NCBI GenBank assembly: GCA_937891825.1
Contig: CALAHN010000081.1
Location: 6,700-70,699 of the forward strand
DNA: 64,000 nt
Origin: an uncultured Alphaproteobacteria bacterium
GTDB taxonomy: Bacteria > Pseudomonadota > Alphaproteobacteria > Bin95
Direction: 5' to 3'
Of this stretch, positions 1 through 8,818 are shown piece after piece. Each line of letters begins with the position of its first letter. Positions within the stretch are counted from its first letter, which is position 1. Below the pieces are notes generated by a model, which was not told where the DNA came from, made no database searches, and worked only from the letters and a program-made list of their open reading frames with translations. The position numbers and the translations under genes are program-made.

Positions 1-338
1 TGCCTGGCGGCGCCGGCGCCCGACCATTCATAGAACCCGTCGGCCGGAACGAGGCAGCGGCCGGCCTTGAAGGCGTCGCGAAACGACGGCTTCTCGGCGA
101 CGGTCTCGCCCCGGGCATTGATCAGCGGGGCCGAACCGACAGGCCCCTTCGACCAGGCTGGGACCAGCCCCCAGCGGCAGAAGGCCAGCGTCCGCCCGCC
201 GGCGCCGGCTGGCCGGACGACCGGCGCTTGCTGGGTGGGCGCCAGATTCCAGCGGGGGGCGAGGTTCGGGCGTTCCGGAAAGCCGAACAATGCCGCCATG
301 GCGTCAACCGGCGAGGTCACAAGATATCGGCCGCACAT
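1..338 (-). CDS. SOS response-associated peptidase (SRAP/YedK/HMCES family), 3'-truncated by window edge
   Basis: Minus-strand frame starting at ATG 338 reads MCGRYLVTSPVDAMAALFGFPERPNLAPRWNLAPTQQAPVV...PLINARGETVAEKPSFRDAFK, with Cys2 and the RYN(L/V)APT and PLINAR motifs typical of the SRAP family; not in the ORF track because it runs off the left edge. Confidence 0.7.
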   Translation of the reverse strand, partial: MCGRYLVTSPVDAMAALFGFPERPNLAPRWNLAPTQQAPVVRPAGAGGRTLAFCRWGLVPAWSKGPVGSAPLINARGETVAEKPSFRDAFKAGRCLVPADGFYEWSGAGAAR

Positions 339-583
339 CACATCACCTTTGCGCAGATTGCGTAAAAAAGGTTCACAAGCGCTCGATTCCATGCTTGCAT
401 CATAGGCAGATAGGCGGAGAAAATCCGGCGCTTGTGACAATAAGCAGCGCGTTAAGCGCGTTGGCACGGTGATTGCTCTGCCTTTCGTCAGGGCCGCTGC
501 GGGCGACCGCGGTCGGTTGGAATTCGCTGAAGGAGGCTTCGAGCTTCAACGAGAAGCCCGAAGCACAACATTGGAGGTTATTT

Positions 584-1618
584 ATGAAATTGAAAACGAC
601 ACTTCTGGCCGTCGCGGCGCTTGCCGTCGGCGCGGCGTCCGGGGCCCAGGCCCAGACGAAATCGACGCTCGAAATCGTCAAGGAGCGGGGCTACCTGAAC
701 TGTCAGGTCGGCCAGCCGAACCCGGGCTTCTACAGCCTGGACGACAAGGGCCAATGGTCCGGCCATGACGTCGCGTTCTGCCGCGCCGTCGCCGCCGCCA
801 TTTTCGGCGATCCCTCGAAGATCGAATTTCAGTCGGTGACATCGCAGGTCCGCTTCACGTCGCTCGCCAATGGCGAGTCCGACATGTTGAGCCGCACGAC
901 CACCTGGACCACGACCCGCGACACCCAGCTCGGCCTGGATTTCACCACCGTCACTTTTTATGACGGCCAGGGCTTCCTTGTGAACAAGTCCATGGGCATC
1001 ACGAGCGCGAAGCAATTGAACGGCGCGTCCGTCTGCGTGTTGACCGGCACGACGACCGAACTGAACCTCGCCGACTATTTCCGCTCCCAGGGCATGAACT
1101 TCACGCCTGTGACCTTCGAAGACGTGAACGTGCTGGTCGATACCTTCCTGAAGGGCGGTTGCGACGCTTACACGAACGACAAGTCCGGCCTGGCGTCCCG
1201 CCGTTCGGCGTTCCCGACCCCGGGCGACTACGTGATCCTTCCGGAGACGATCTCCAAGGAGCCGTTGGGCCCCGTGGTGCGTGAAGGCGACAACCAGTGG
1301 GGCGATATCGTCCGCTGGAGCGCGTTCGCCACGATTGTCGCCGAAGAGCTTGGCATCAACTCCGGCAATGTCGAGGAAATGCGCACGACCTCGAAGAACC
1401 CGGAAATTCGCCGCCTGCTTGGCGTCGAAGGCAACTTGCACACAGGCCTCGGCCTCTCGAACGACTGGGCCTACAACATCATCAAGACCGTCGGCAATTA
1501 TGGCGAAATCTATGAAGCCTTTGTCGGCGAGAAGACCCCGGTCAACATTCCCCGGGCCGGCAGCTTGAATGCGCTCTGGACCAACGGCGGCGTTCTGTAC
1601 GCCCCGCCGTTCCGGTAA
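584..1618 (+). CDS. aapJ: General L-amino acid ABC transporter periplasmic substrate-binding protein
   Basis: ORF 473..1618; internal ATG at 584 (MKLKTTLLAVAALAVGAASGAQA signal peptide) preceded by GGAGG; family-3 SBP features (GYLNCQVG, dicysteine); followed by two permease genes. Confidence 0.8.
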   Translation: MKLKTTLLAVAALAVGAASGAQAQTKSTLEIVKERGYLNCQVGQPNPGFYSLDDKGQWSGHDVAFCRAVAAAIFGDPSKIEFQSVTSQVRFTSLANGESDMLSRTTTWTTTRDTQLGLDFTTVTFYDGQGFLVNKSMGITSAKQLNGASVCVLTGTTTELNLADYFRSQGMNFTPVTFEDVNVLVDTFLKGGCDAYTNDKSGLASRRSAFPTPGDYVILPETISKEPLGPVVREGDNQWGDIVRWSAFATIVAEELGINSGNVEEMRTTSKNPEIRRLLGVEGNLHTGLGLSNDWAYNIIKTVGNYGEIYEAFVGEKTPVNIPRAGSLNALWTNGGVLYAPPFR

Positions 1619-1668
1619 GCCGAACGTGCGCCGCGACGGTCCCGGGGTAGGGGGCGTCGCGGCGGCGG

Positions 1669-1716
1669 ACGAGGCGCCGCCGGGGGGAGGCGCCTCGTTC
1701 GTCCATGCCGATTTTT
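1669..1716 (+). terminator. Putative rho-independent terminator after aapJ
   Basis: Perfect 10-bp stem acgaggcgcc/ggcgcctcgt (1669-1678/1689-1698) with 10-nt loop, then ATTTTT at 1711-1716 (tract is 12 nt from stem, so moderate). Confidence 0.4.
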
Positions 1717-1789
1717 GCGGATGGCGGAGCCCTAGAGCGCTGAACAATCAGCCGCGAGCTTCGCTGTCGGGCGCCTTGGGAGGCGAAGC

Positions 1790-2986
1790 ATGAGTACAAG
1801 CGCGCCGCCGCGCAGCCAGCGCAGCCAGTTTTCCAGACTTGTAAGCGATCCAAAAGCGCGTGGGCTGTTCGCTCAAGCCGTTGTTGGCGCCATCCTGATC
1901 TTCAGCATCTGGTATCTCTACAGCCAGACTGTCTACAACATGGAAAAGCGCGGCTTGACCGCCGGCTTCGATTTCCTGTGGACCACAGCCGGTTTCGACA
2001 TCGGCTTCCATATGATCGACTACAGTCCGACCGATACCTTTTCCCGCGTCTTCCTCGTCGGCATCATCAATACCCTGTTCGTATCCGCGATCGCGATCGT
2101 GCTTGCGACGCTCCTCGGGTTCATTGTCGGCATCGCGCGTCTCTCCAGCAACTGGCTGATCGCCCGCATCGCCGCGACCTATGTCGAGTTCATCCGCAAT
2201 ACGCCGCTGCTGCTGCAGATTCTGGTCTGGTATGGCGGCGTGTTCACGCTTCTGCCGCCGCCCCGGCAATCGCTCGAATTCGGCTTCGGCGCCTTTGCCC
2301 TGAACAATCGCGCCTTGCTGCTGCCGGCGCCGATCGATGAGGGGCTGTTCTGGATAACGGTGCTGGCGTTCGTGGCCGGCGTCATCCTGACCTTCGGCAT
2401 CGCCCGGCGCGCCCGCCTGCTGCGTGAGGCGACCGGCGAAGCGCCGAAATGGGGCTGGAAGGCGCTGACGTTGATCGTCGTGCTGCCGGGCGTCGTCTAC
2501 CTCCTGACCGGCTTGCCGCTGTCCTGGGATGTGCCGGCGCTCAGCGGCTTCAATTTCCAGGGCGGATTTGCGGTGACGCCGCCGTTCCTGGCGCTGGTGC
2601 TGGCGCTGACGATCTACACCTCGACCTTCATCGCCGAGATTGTCCGGGCGGGCATCCTGTCAGTCGGCAAGGGCCAGACCGAAGCCGCGCATTCGCTTGG
2701 GCTGCCGGCGACCCGCACGCTCAAGCTCGTGATCATCCCGCAGGCGATGCGCGCGATCATACCGCCACTGATCAGCCAATATCTGAATATCGTCAAGAAT
2801 TCATCGCTCGGCGTCGCGATCGCCTATCCGGATCTGGTGGCGGTGTGGATGCAGACGTCGCTCAATCAGGCGGGCCGCGCCATAGAGATCGTGGCGACGA
2901 CGATGCTGTTCTACATGACCGTCAGTCTGACCATCTCCAGCCTGCTGAATATCTACAATCGCCGCGTCCAGTTGAAGGAGCGCTGA
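1790..2986 (+). CDS. aapQ: Amino acid ABC transporter permease (AapQ-like, long N-terminal extension)
   Basis: 398 aa polytopic membrane protein, EAA-loop region (HSLGLPATRTLKLVIIPQAMRAIIPPL), GGGAGG SD 6 nt upstream. Confidence 0.8.
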   Translation: MSTSAPPRSQRSQFSRLVSDPKARGLFAQAVVGAILIFSIWYLYSQTVYNMEKRGLTAGFDFLWTTAGFDIGFHMIDYSPTDTFSRVFLVGIINTLFVSAIAIVLATLLGFIVGIARLSSNWLIARIAATYVEFIRNTPLLLQILVWYGGVFTLLPPPRQSLEFGFGAFALNNRALLLPAPIDEGLFWITVLAFVAGVILTFGIARRARLLREATGEAPKWGWKALTLIVVLPGVVYLLTGLPLSWDVPALSGFNFQGGFAVTPPFLALVLALTIYTSTFIAEIVRAGILSVGKGQTEAAHSLGLPATRTLKLVIIPQAMRAIIPPLISQYLNIVKNSSLGVAIAYPDLVAVWMQTSLNQAGRAIEIVATTMLFYMTVSLTISSLLNIYNRRVQLKER

Positions 2987-2989
2987 GCC

Positions 2990-4327
2990 ATGGACGGGAC
3001 GCAGGACAGCCGGGGCCAGCGCGCCGTGGAAAAATTCGTGCCGAAGGCTGAGCGCCCGCCGCCGATGCCGGTTTCGGGGGCGATCCCATGGATGCGCCGC
3101 AACCTGTTCAGCACGGTCGTCGACAGCATCGTCACGATCGTCGTGTCCGGGATGCTGGGCGTGGTGATCTGGAACATCGTCGAATGGGGCATTGTCGACG
3201 CTGTATGGACTGCCGACAACCGCCGGGAATGCATGGACCAGAGCATGGACGGCGCCTGCTGGGCGGGGCCGGCGCTCTGGTTCGACAATTTCATCTACGG
3301 CCTCTATCCCGAGACGGAGCGCTGGCGCGTCAATCTGGGGGCGGTCGTCCTGGCGCTCTGGCTGGCGCCGCTGTTCTTCGCGCGCGTCACGGCGAAGATC
3401 CCGACGGCGGCAAGCGTCGTACTGACCTATCCGCTATTCGCCTCTTACCTGTTCTATGGCGGCGAGAAGGGCATTTTCTGGACCGCGATCAGCGCGCTCG
3501 GCCTGACGATGTTCATCATGGCGCTCGCCAATGCGGCGCTGGAGCTGTCCGGCGGGCGGTCGATCGGCAAGGTCATGGAGGACCGCTTCGGCCTGACCTC
3601 GTTCCGCCGGAAGGCCATTCCCGTCATCGTGCTCTGGATCGCGGTCGCGGTCGTCTGGTCCGGGGTCGAGCTGGAGATCGTGCGGACGGTCAAGTGGGGC
3701 GGCCTGTTCGTCACCCTGGTGATCTCCGGCATCGGCATTACCTTCGCCTTGCCGGCGGGCATCATGCTGGCGCTCGGGCGGCGCTCCCGGCTGCCGTTGA
3801 TCAAATATGTCTGCGTTGTCTTCATCGAGGTATTTCGGTCGGTGCCGTTGATCACGGTGCTGTTCATGGCGACGACCATGGTGCCGCTGTTCCTGCCGGA
3901 GGGCGTCACCTTCGACAAGCTGCTGCGGGCGATCGTTGCTGTATGCCTGTTCGCGGCCGCATATATGGCGGAAGTGGTGCGCGGCGGGCTGCAGTCGGTG
4001 CCGAAAGGTCAACCGGAAGCGGCGGCGGCGCTCGGGCTGGATTACTGGCGGACCACGAGCTTGATCGTCATGCCCCAAGCCTTGAAGCTGATGATCCCGA
4101 ACATCCTGTCGAACTTCATCGGGCTCTTCAAGGATACGACGCTCGTGGCGATCATCGGGCTTTTCGATCTGCTGGGCATGGTGAAAGCCATGAGCAATGA
4201 CACCAACTGGATCGGCCTTGTCGACGAACCCTATCTGATCGCTGCCTTCATCTATTTCTGCGGCTGTTTCGCCATGTCCCGCTACGCCAAGAGCTTGGAG
4301 CAGCGGCTATCGACGGAGCGTCGATGA
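2990..4327 (+). CDS. aapM: Amino acid ABC transporter permease (AapM-like)
   Basis: 445 aa membrane protein with His/Glu permease signature (AALGLDYWRTTSLIVMPQALKLMIPNILSNFIGLFKDTTL); starts 4 nt after aapQ stop. Confidence 0.75.
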   Translation: MDGTQDSRGQRAVEKFVPKAERPPPMPVSGAIPWMRRNLFSTVVDSIVTIVVSGMLGVVIWNIVEWGIVDAVWTADNRRECMDQSMDGACWAGPALWFDNFIYGLYPETERWRVNLGAVVLALWLAPLFFARVTAKIPTAASVVLTYPLFASYLFYGGEKGIFWTAISALGLTMFIMALANAALELSGGRSIGKVMEDRFGLTSFRRKAIPVIVLWIAVAVVWSGVELEIVRTVKWGGLFVTLVISGIGITFALPAGIMLALGRRSRLPLIKYVCVVFIEVFRSVPLITVLFMATTMVPLFLPEGVTFDKLLRAIVAVCLFAAAYMAEVVRGGLQSVPKGQPEAAAALGLDYWRTTSLIVMPQALKLMIPNILSNFIGLFKDTTLVAIIGLFDLLGMVKAMSNDTNWIGLVDEPYLIAAFIYFCGCFAMSRYAKSLEQRLSTERR

Positions 4328-4779
4328 CGGCCAAACTGTCGCCGGCGGCGGAGGACCGGATCCACAACGTCATCGCCGCCGGACCGTTCGGCGCGCATGT
4401 GGGCATGATCGTCGATCTGGTGGAGGTTGATCGCGCCGTCCTGCGCATGCCCGAGGCGGCGCATACCAAGAACGGCCTGGGCATCGTCCATGGCGGCGCG
4501 ACGGCGACCTTGCTAGACACCGCCGCCACCTGCGCCGCATGGGCGACGCCGGACGCGACGCCTACGACCCGCGGGACGACGGTCGCGCTGACCATCAACT
4601 ATATCGGCGCCGGACGGGCGGGCGACATGATCGCCGAAGCCGTCGTGATCAGCCGCGGCGGCACATTGACGATCGTCGACGTGGTCGCCCGGGACGAAGA
4701 CGGACGGATCGTCGCCAAGGCGCAAGTGACCTACAAGCTCGATCTGGCCCGCGACCGGCGCAGCGCCCGGAGGGAGTAG
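4324..4779 (+). CDS. PaaI-family hotdog-fold thioesterase
   Basis: 151 aa; GIVHGGATATLLDTAATCAAW motif; overlaps aapM stop (takes the place where aapP ATPase would be expected). Confidence 0.7.
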   Translation: MTAKLSPAAEDRIHNVIAAGPFGAHVGMIVDLVEVDRAVLRMPEAAHTKNGLGIVHGGATATLLDTAATCAAWATPDATPTTRGTTVALTINYIGAGRAGDMIAEAVVISRGGTLTIVDVVARDEDGRIVAKAQVTYKLDLARDRRSARRE

Positions 4780-4794
4780 GCGCTCGCTGGAAAG

Positions 4795-6183
4795 CTATCC
4801 CGCGGGCGGCCGCGCCGCGGCTGGAATGGCGAGGTCGATGCGGAGGCCGGGGCCGGCGTCGCTGGCTTTCAGGACCGCGTTGTGACGCGCCGCGACGGCG
4901 CGCACCATCGACAGGCCAAGGCCGTTGCCGGGCTTGGCGCGGTCCGATTCCAGGCGCACGAACCGGTCGAATATCCGGTCCCGCTCCGTCGCTGGAACGC
5001 CGGGGCCATTGTCGACGACGGACAGCGTCGCGACGCCGTTCCGGACCGCTGTCGCGACGATGACGCGCCCGCCGGCGGGCGTGTACTTGATCGCGTTGTC
5101 GATAAGGTTGGCCAGCGCCTGGGCGAGCAGGCGGCGGTCGCCCTCGACGAAGGCGGCGCCTGTCGGCGCATCCGTCGTGAGCGCGATGCCGGCATCTTCG
5201 GCGACGGGCGCATAAAGCTCGACCACGTCCGCCACGATCGTCGCGAGATCGACGCGGTCGCTCGGGCCGTCGGCCGCGCCCTCCAGCCGTCCGATATCCA
5301 GCAGCGCGTTGAACGTCGCGAGCAAGGCGTCCGCGTCCTCGACGGTGCGCAGCAGGGCCTCGCGATAGGCCTGTTCGTCGCCTTCGCCCATCAAGGTCAC
5401 CTCGACCCTGGCGCGAAGCCGGTTGAGCGGCGTGCGGAGATCGTGGGCGATATTGTCGGAGACCTGGCGCACCGCCGTCATCAGGCTTTCGATCCGGTCG
5501 AGCATGGCGTTCAGGCTGGCGGCCAGCCGGTCCAACTCGTCGCCGGAGCCGTTGCGCGGCACCCGCCGCGTCAGATCGCCCGCCATGATCTGGCCGCTGG
5601 CCGCCGCCATGGCGTCGACCCGGCGCAGGGTCTGGCGGCTGATCAGCAAGCCGCCGACGACGCCAAGCGCCATTATGCCGGCGCCGGCCCACCAGAACGC
5701 CGCCTGCATCAACCCGACCAGTTCCACCCGCTGTTGCACATCGCGCCCGACCAGCAGGCGGAAGCCGCCCTGGATCGCAATCTCCCGGCCGCGCGCGCGG
5801 CGCTCGACCGCATCCTCGCCGACGCGCAGGTCATAGGCGAAGTTCATCCAGCCATCCTCGTCCGGCGCGGCTATCGGCCAGCCGTCGATATTGCCCGCCA
5901 GTTGCCGGTTGTCCGGGGCGGTAAGATTGTAGAGGCTCTGCTTCTGCTGCTTGGAGCGCTCGACCACGACCTGGGTCAGGCCGGGGATGCCCAGCAGGCG
6001 ATAGCGCTCATACAAGCCCTGGATTTCAGCGGCGATCGTCTCGTCGATCTGCTGCGCGGTAAACCCGGCGCTCCGCCAGTAGACAAGCCCGAGCAGGCCG
6101 GATGTCGAAAGGCCGAAGATCAGGAAATAGAAGAACGCCAGCCGAAAGGCGGTCGACCGGACAAGCTTGCGCAACCCCGACAT
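4795..6183 (-). CDS. Two-component sensor histidine kinase (2 TM, HAMP, HisKA, HATPase_c)
   Basis: 462 aa; H-box DNIAHDLRTPLNRL; N/G1/G2 boxes (NLIDNAIKYT, DNGPGVP, GNGLGLS). Confidence 0.85.
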   Translation of the reverse strand: MSGLRKLVRSTAFRLAFFYFLIFGLSTSGLLGLVYWRSAGFTAQQIDETIAAEIQGLYERYRLLGIPGLTQVVVERSKQQKQSLYNLTAPDNRQLAGNIDGWPIAAPDEDGWMNFAYDLRVGEDAVERRARGREIAIQGGFRLLVGRDVQQRVELVGLMQAAFWWAGAGIMALGVVGGLLISRQTLRRVDAMAAASGQIMAGDLTRRVPRNGSGDELDRLAASLNAMLDRIESLMTAVRQVSDNIAHDLRTPLNRLRARVEVTLMGEGDEQAYREALLRTVEDADALLATFNALLDIGRLEGAADGPSDRVDLATIVADVVELYAPVAEDAGIALTTDAPTGAAFVEGDRRLLAQALANLIDNAIKYTPAGGRVIVATAVRNGVATLSVVDNGPGVPATERDRIFDRFVRLESDRAKPGNGLGLSMVRAVAARHNAVLKASDAGPGLRIDLAIPAAARPPAG

Positions 6184-6190
6184 CGGGGCG

Positions 6191-6862
6191 CTAGCCGGTT
6201 TCGCTCAAGCGATAGCCGGCGCCGCGGACCGTGTGGAGCAATGGCTTGGCGAAGCCCTTGTCGATCTTGCTGCGCAGGCGGGAGATATGCACGTCGATGA
6301 CGTTGGTCTGCGGGTCGAAATTATACTCCCAGACATTTTCCAGCAGCATGGTCCGGGTCACCACCTGATCGGCGTTGCGGGCCAGATATTCCAGCAGCTT
6401 GAATTCCCGCGGCTGCAGGTCGATCCGGGCGCCGCCCCGTTGCACCCGGCGCGTCAGGAGGTCGATTTCAAGGTCGGCGACGCGCATGCCGGTCGGCGGT
6501 TCGTCGCCGCGCCGCCGGGTCAGGGCTTCGATCCGGGCGAGCAGTTCCGCAAAGGCATAGGGCTTGACCAGATAATCGTCGCCGCCGGCTTTCAGCCCCT
6601 TGACCCGGTCGTCGACCTGGCCGAGCGCCGAGAGGAACAGGATCGGCGTCGTATCGCCGGAAGCGCGCAACGTGCTGGCGGCGGCGAGGCCGTCCATGCC
6701 GGGCAGCATGCGGTCCAGCACGATGACGTCATAGCCGCTCGCAGCCATCATCACGCCGTCTTCGCCGGTGGCTGCATGGTCGGCGGTGTCGCCATGCTCG
6801 CCAAGCCCCTTGACCATGTAGGCGGCGGCTTCCCGATCGTCTTCGATAACAAGAATGCGCAT
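6191..6862 (-). CDS. OmpR-family response regulator (REC + winged helix)
   Basis: 223 aa; MRILVIEDD...VIVLDRMLPGMDG receiver, C-terminal DVHISRLRSKID wHTH; 7 nt upstream of kinase gene. Confidence 0.9.
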   Translation of the reverse strand: MRILVIEDDREAAAYMVKGLGEHGDTADHAATGEDGVMMAASGYDVIVLDRMLPGMDGLAAASTLRASGDTTPILFLSALGQVDDRVKGLKAGGDDYLVKPYAFAELLARIEALTRRRGDEPPTGMRVADLEIDLLTRRVQRGGARIDLQPREFKLLEYLARNADQVVTRTMLLENVWEYNFDPQTNVIDVHISRLRSKIDKGFAKPLLHTVRGAGYRLSETG

Positions 6863-6919
6863 GATGGCTTCCGTCCCCCCGGAACGGCGTCACGCGGCCG
6901 TCGGCCAGGATAACGCCTA

Positions 6920-6967
6920 GATCAAACCAACCTTAGGCGGAATCGCCTAAGGTTGGATAATTTGATC
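6920..6967. repeat. Palindromic intergenic repeat element, copy 1 (gatcaaa-ccaaccttaggcg-gaat-cgcctaaggttgg-ataa-tttgatc)
   Basis: Near-perfect 22-bp arms with 4-nt loop; homologous copies at 6998-7038 and 39630-39677. Confidence 0.7.
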
Positions 6968-6997
6968 GCTATCAATAAGATAGAACATGGACCGCGC

Positions 6998-7038
6998 TTA
7001 TCCAGCTTTCGGCGATTCCGCCAAAAGCTGGATTGATC
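6998..7038. repeat. Palindromic intergenic repeat element, copy 2 (inverted relative to copy 1; ttat-ccagctttcggcg-attc-cgccaaaagctgg-attgatc)
   Basis: Shares core GGCG-(GAAT/ATTC)-CGCC and flanking arms with copy 1, with compensating stem substitutions. Confidence 0.6.
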
Positions 7039-7136
7039 TGGCGGGCAGTATAGCGTTTGCCGCTTGGCATTACGTTAAAGACGGCGCTTGACCGATCCGC
7101 CCCCCGGCGCTGGCGCCAGGGGACAAATCCGTCGGA

Positions 7137-8636
7137 TCAGGATAGCGGCGCGGCGACGAAGCGGTCATTGCCGTTGATCCGGATCAGCAGCAGCACGGCG
7201 CTGCGGCCGGCTTCCTTCGCCATCCGGATCTTGTCGGCGGCGTCGCTCGGGTCGCTGACGGGATCGCCCGCGACCGCCAGCAGGACGGCGCCGGGGGCGA
7301 CGCCCTTTTCCCGAAGCGGACTATCGTCGGCAAGTGCGGCGATCAGCACGCCGGACGTATCGGCGCTGACGCCCGCGGCGCGCCTGGCGGCGGCGTCGAG
7401 CGGCGCGAGCGTCAGGCCAAGCGCGCCTGCGTTCGCGGCATCAGGCTGCGCCGTCGCCGCCAGCGTCGCTTCGTCAGGCAGGGTCCCCAGTTTCACCCGG
7501 AGCGTTTTCTCCTTGTTGTCGCGCCAGATCAGCAACTGCGCTGTGTCGCCCGGCGTGATGCCTGCGATGACGCGCGGCAGCTTCGGCATTTCGTCGATGC
7601 GCTCATCGTCGACCGCCAGGATGACGTCGCCGACTTTCAGCCCGGCCGCTTCGGCGGGGCCGCCGCTCGCGACGTGGGAGACGATTGCGCCTTCAGCCTT
7701 GTCCAGGCCGACGCCAGCCGCGATGTCGCTTGAGACGCCTTGGATCGAAACGCCGAGCCAGCCGCGCTGGACTGTTTGACCGGCCTTCAATTGCGCGATC
7801 ACGGACTTCGCCAGGTTGGACGGGATGGCGAAGCCGATGCCGACGCTGCCGCCGGTCGGCGAGAAGATCGCCGTGTTCACGCCGATGACTTTGCCTTCGA
7901 GGCTGAACGCCGGCCCGCCGGAATTGCCCTTGTTGATCGGCGCGTCGATCTGCAGGAAGTCGTCATAGGGTCCGGCGCCGATGGAGCGGCCGCGGGCCGA
8001 AATGATGCCGGTCGTGACCGTGTGGTCCAGGCCGAAGGGGTTGCCGACGGCGACGATCCAGTCGCCGACCTCGGCCTTGTCGCTATCGCCGAAGGCGACG
8101 TAAGGGAACGGCTTACGGCGCTCGACCTTGAGGAGCGCAAGGTCGCTGCGGCTATCGGCGCCGACAAGCGTGGCGTTGAGCTTCTCGCCATCCTGCAGGG
8201 TGACGATGATCTTTTCGGCGCCCGCCACCACGTGGTTATTGGTGACGACATGGCCTTCGGCGTCGATGATGAACCCGGACCCGAGCCCGGTACGGGGGCG
8301 TTGGGGGCCAGGCGCGCCTTGCGGCATCCGGTCGCCGAAGAAGCGTTCGAAGAATTCCCGCATGCCGGGCGGCAGGTCTTCGACCGACGGCGCTTCGGCG
8401 GCGCCGGCTTTGGCGGTGACTTCGATGTGAACGACGGCAGGAGCGACCGCTTTCACAACTGGCGAGAAGCTCGCCGGTCCGCCGGAGGGAGTGATCGCCT
8501 GCGCATGGGCTTGCCCGAATGTCGGCAGGCCATGACCCAAGGGCGCCAATGCGGCGCCGGCGGCCAGGCCGGCAGCAAGTACGGAAACCAGCCCGATACG
8601 CTTGACGAATGGACGCTGAGGACGGTCGTTGCCCAT
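7137..8636 (-). CDS. degP: DegP/HtrA (Do) family periplasmic serine endoprotease with two PDZ domains
   Basis: 499 aa; signal peptide; catalytic His/Asp/Ser motifs (VTNNHVV, DLALLKV, GNSGGPAF). Confidence 0.9.
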   Translation of the reverse strand: MGNDRPQRPFVKRIGLVSVLAAGLAAGAALAPLGHGLPTFGQAHAQAITPSGGPASFSPVVKAVAPAVVHIEVTAKAGAAEAPSVEDLPPGMREFFERFFGDRMPQGAPGPQRPRTGLGSGFIIDAEGHVVTNNHVVAGAEKIIVTLQDGEKLNATLVGADSRSDLALLKVERRKPFPYVAFGDSDKAEVGDWIVAVGNPFGLDHTVTTGIISARGRSIGAGPYDDFLQIDAPINKGNSGGPAFSLEGKVIGVNTAIFSPTGGSVGIGFAIPSNLAKSVIAQLKAGQTVQRGWLGVSIQGVSSDIAAGVGLDKAEGAIVSHVASGGPAEAAGLKVGDVILAVDDERIDEMPKLPRVIAGITPGDTAQLLIWRDNKEKTLRVKLGTLPDEATLAATAQPDAANAGALGLTLAPLDAAARRAAGVSADTSGVLIAALADDSPLREKGVAPGAVLLAVAGDPVSDPSDAADKIRMAKEAGRSAVLLLIRINGNDRFVAAPLS

Positions 8637-8818
8637 GGTGTCGCCTTTCTATCGGAGTGCAGATTGCGTGGTCGGTGAGGTCTATATAGGGCGCATCTGC
8701 TTACGCCATGCTGTCCGGCGCATGAAATCTTCGTAATCCGGCGAAAGCATGGCGATGTTTTCCTGGGCCGACTTCCGCTATGGTCCCGCGCCTTCGCCCG
8801 GAATGCCTGGAACGACCG

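Noticed and set aside
8637-8818. Possible sigma-E/ECF promoter for degP (GGAAAAC...) and a TATATA element in the degP/thrC divergent region
   Set aside because: Matches to GGAAC-N16-CGTT and to -35/-10 consensus are too weak to call without a position-weight matrix.
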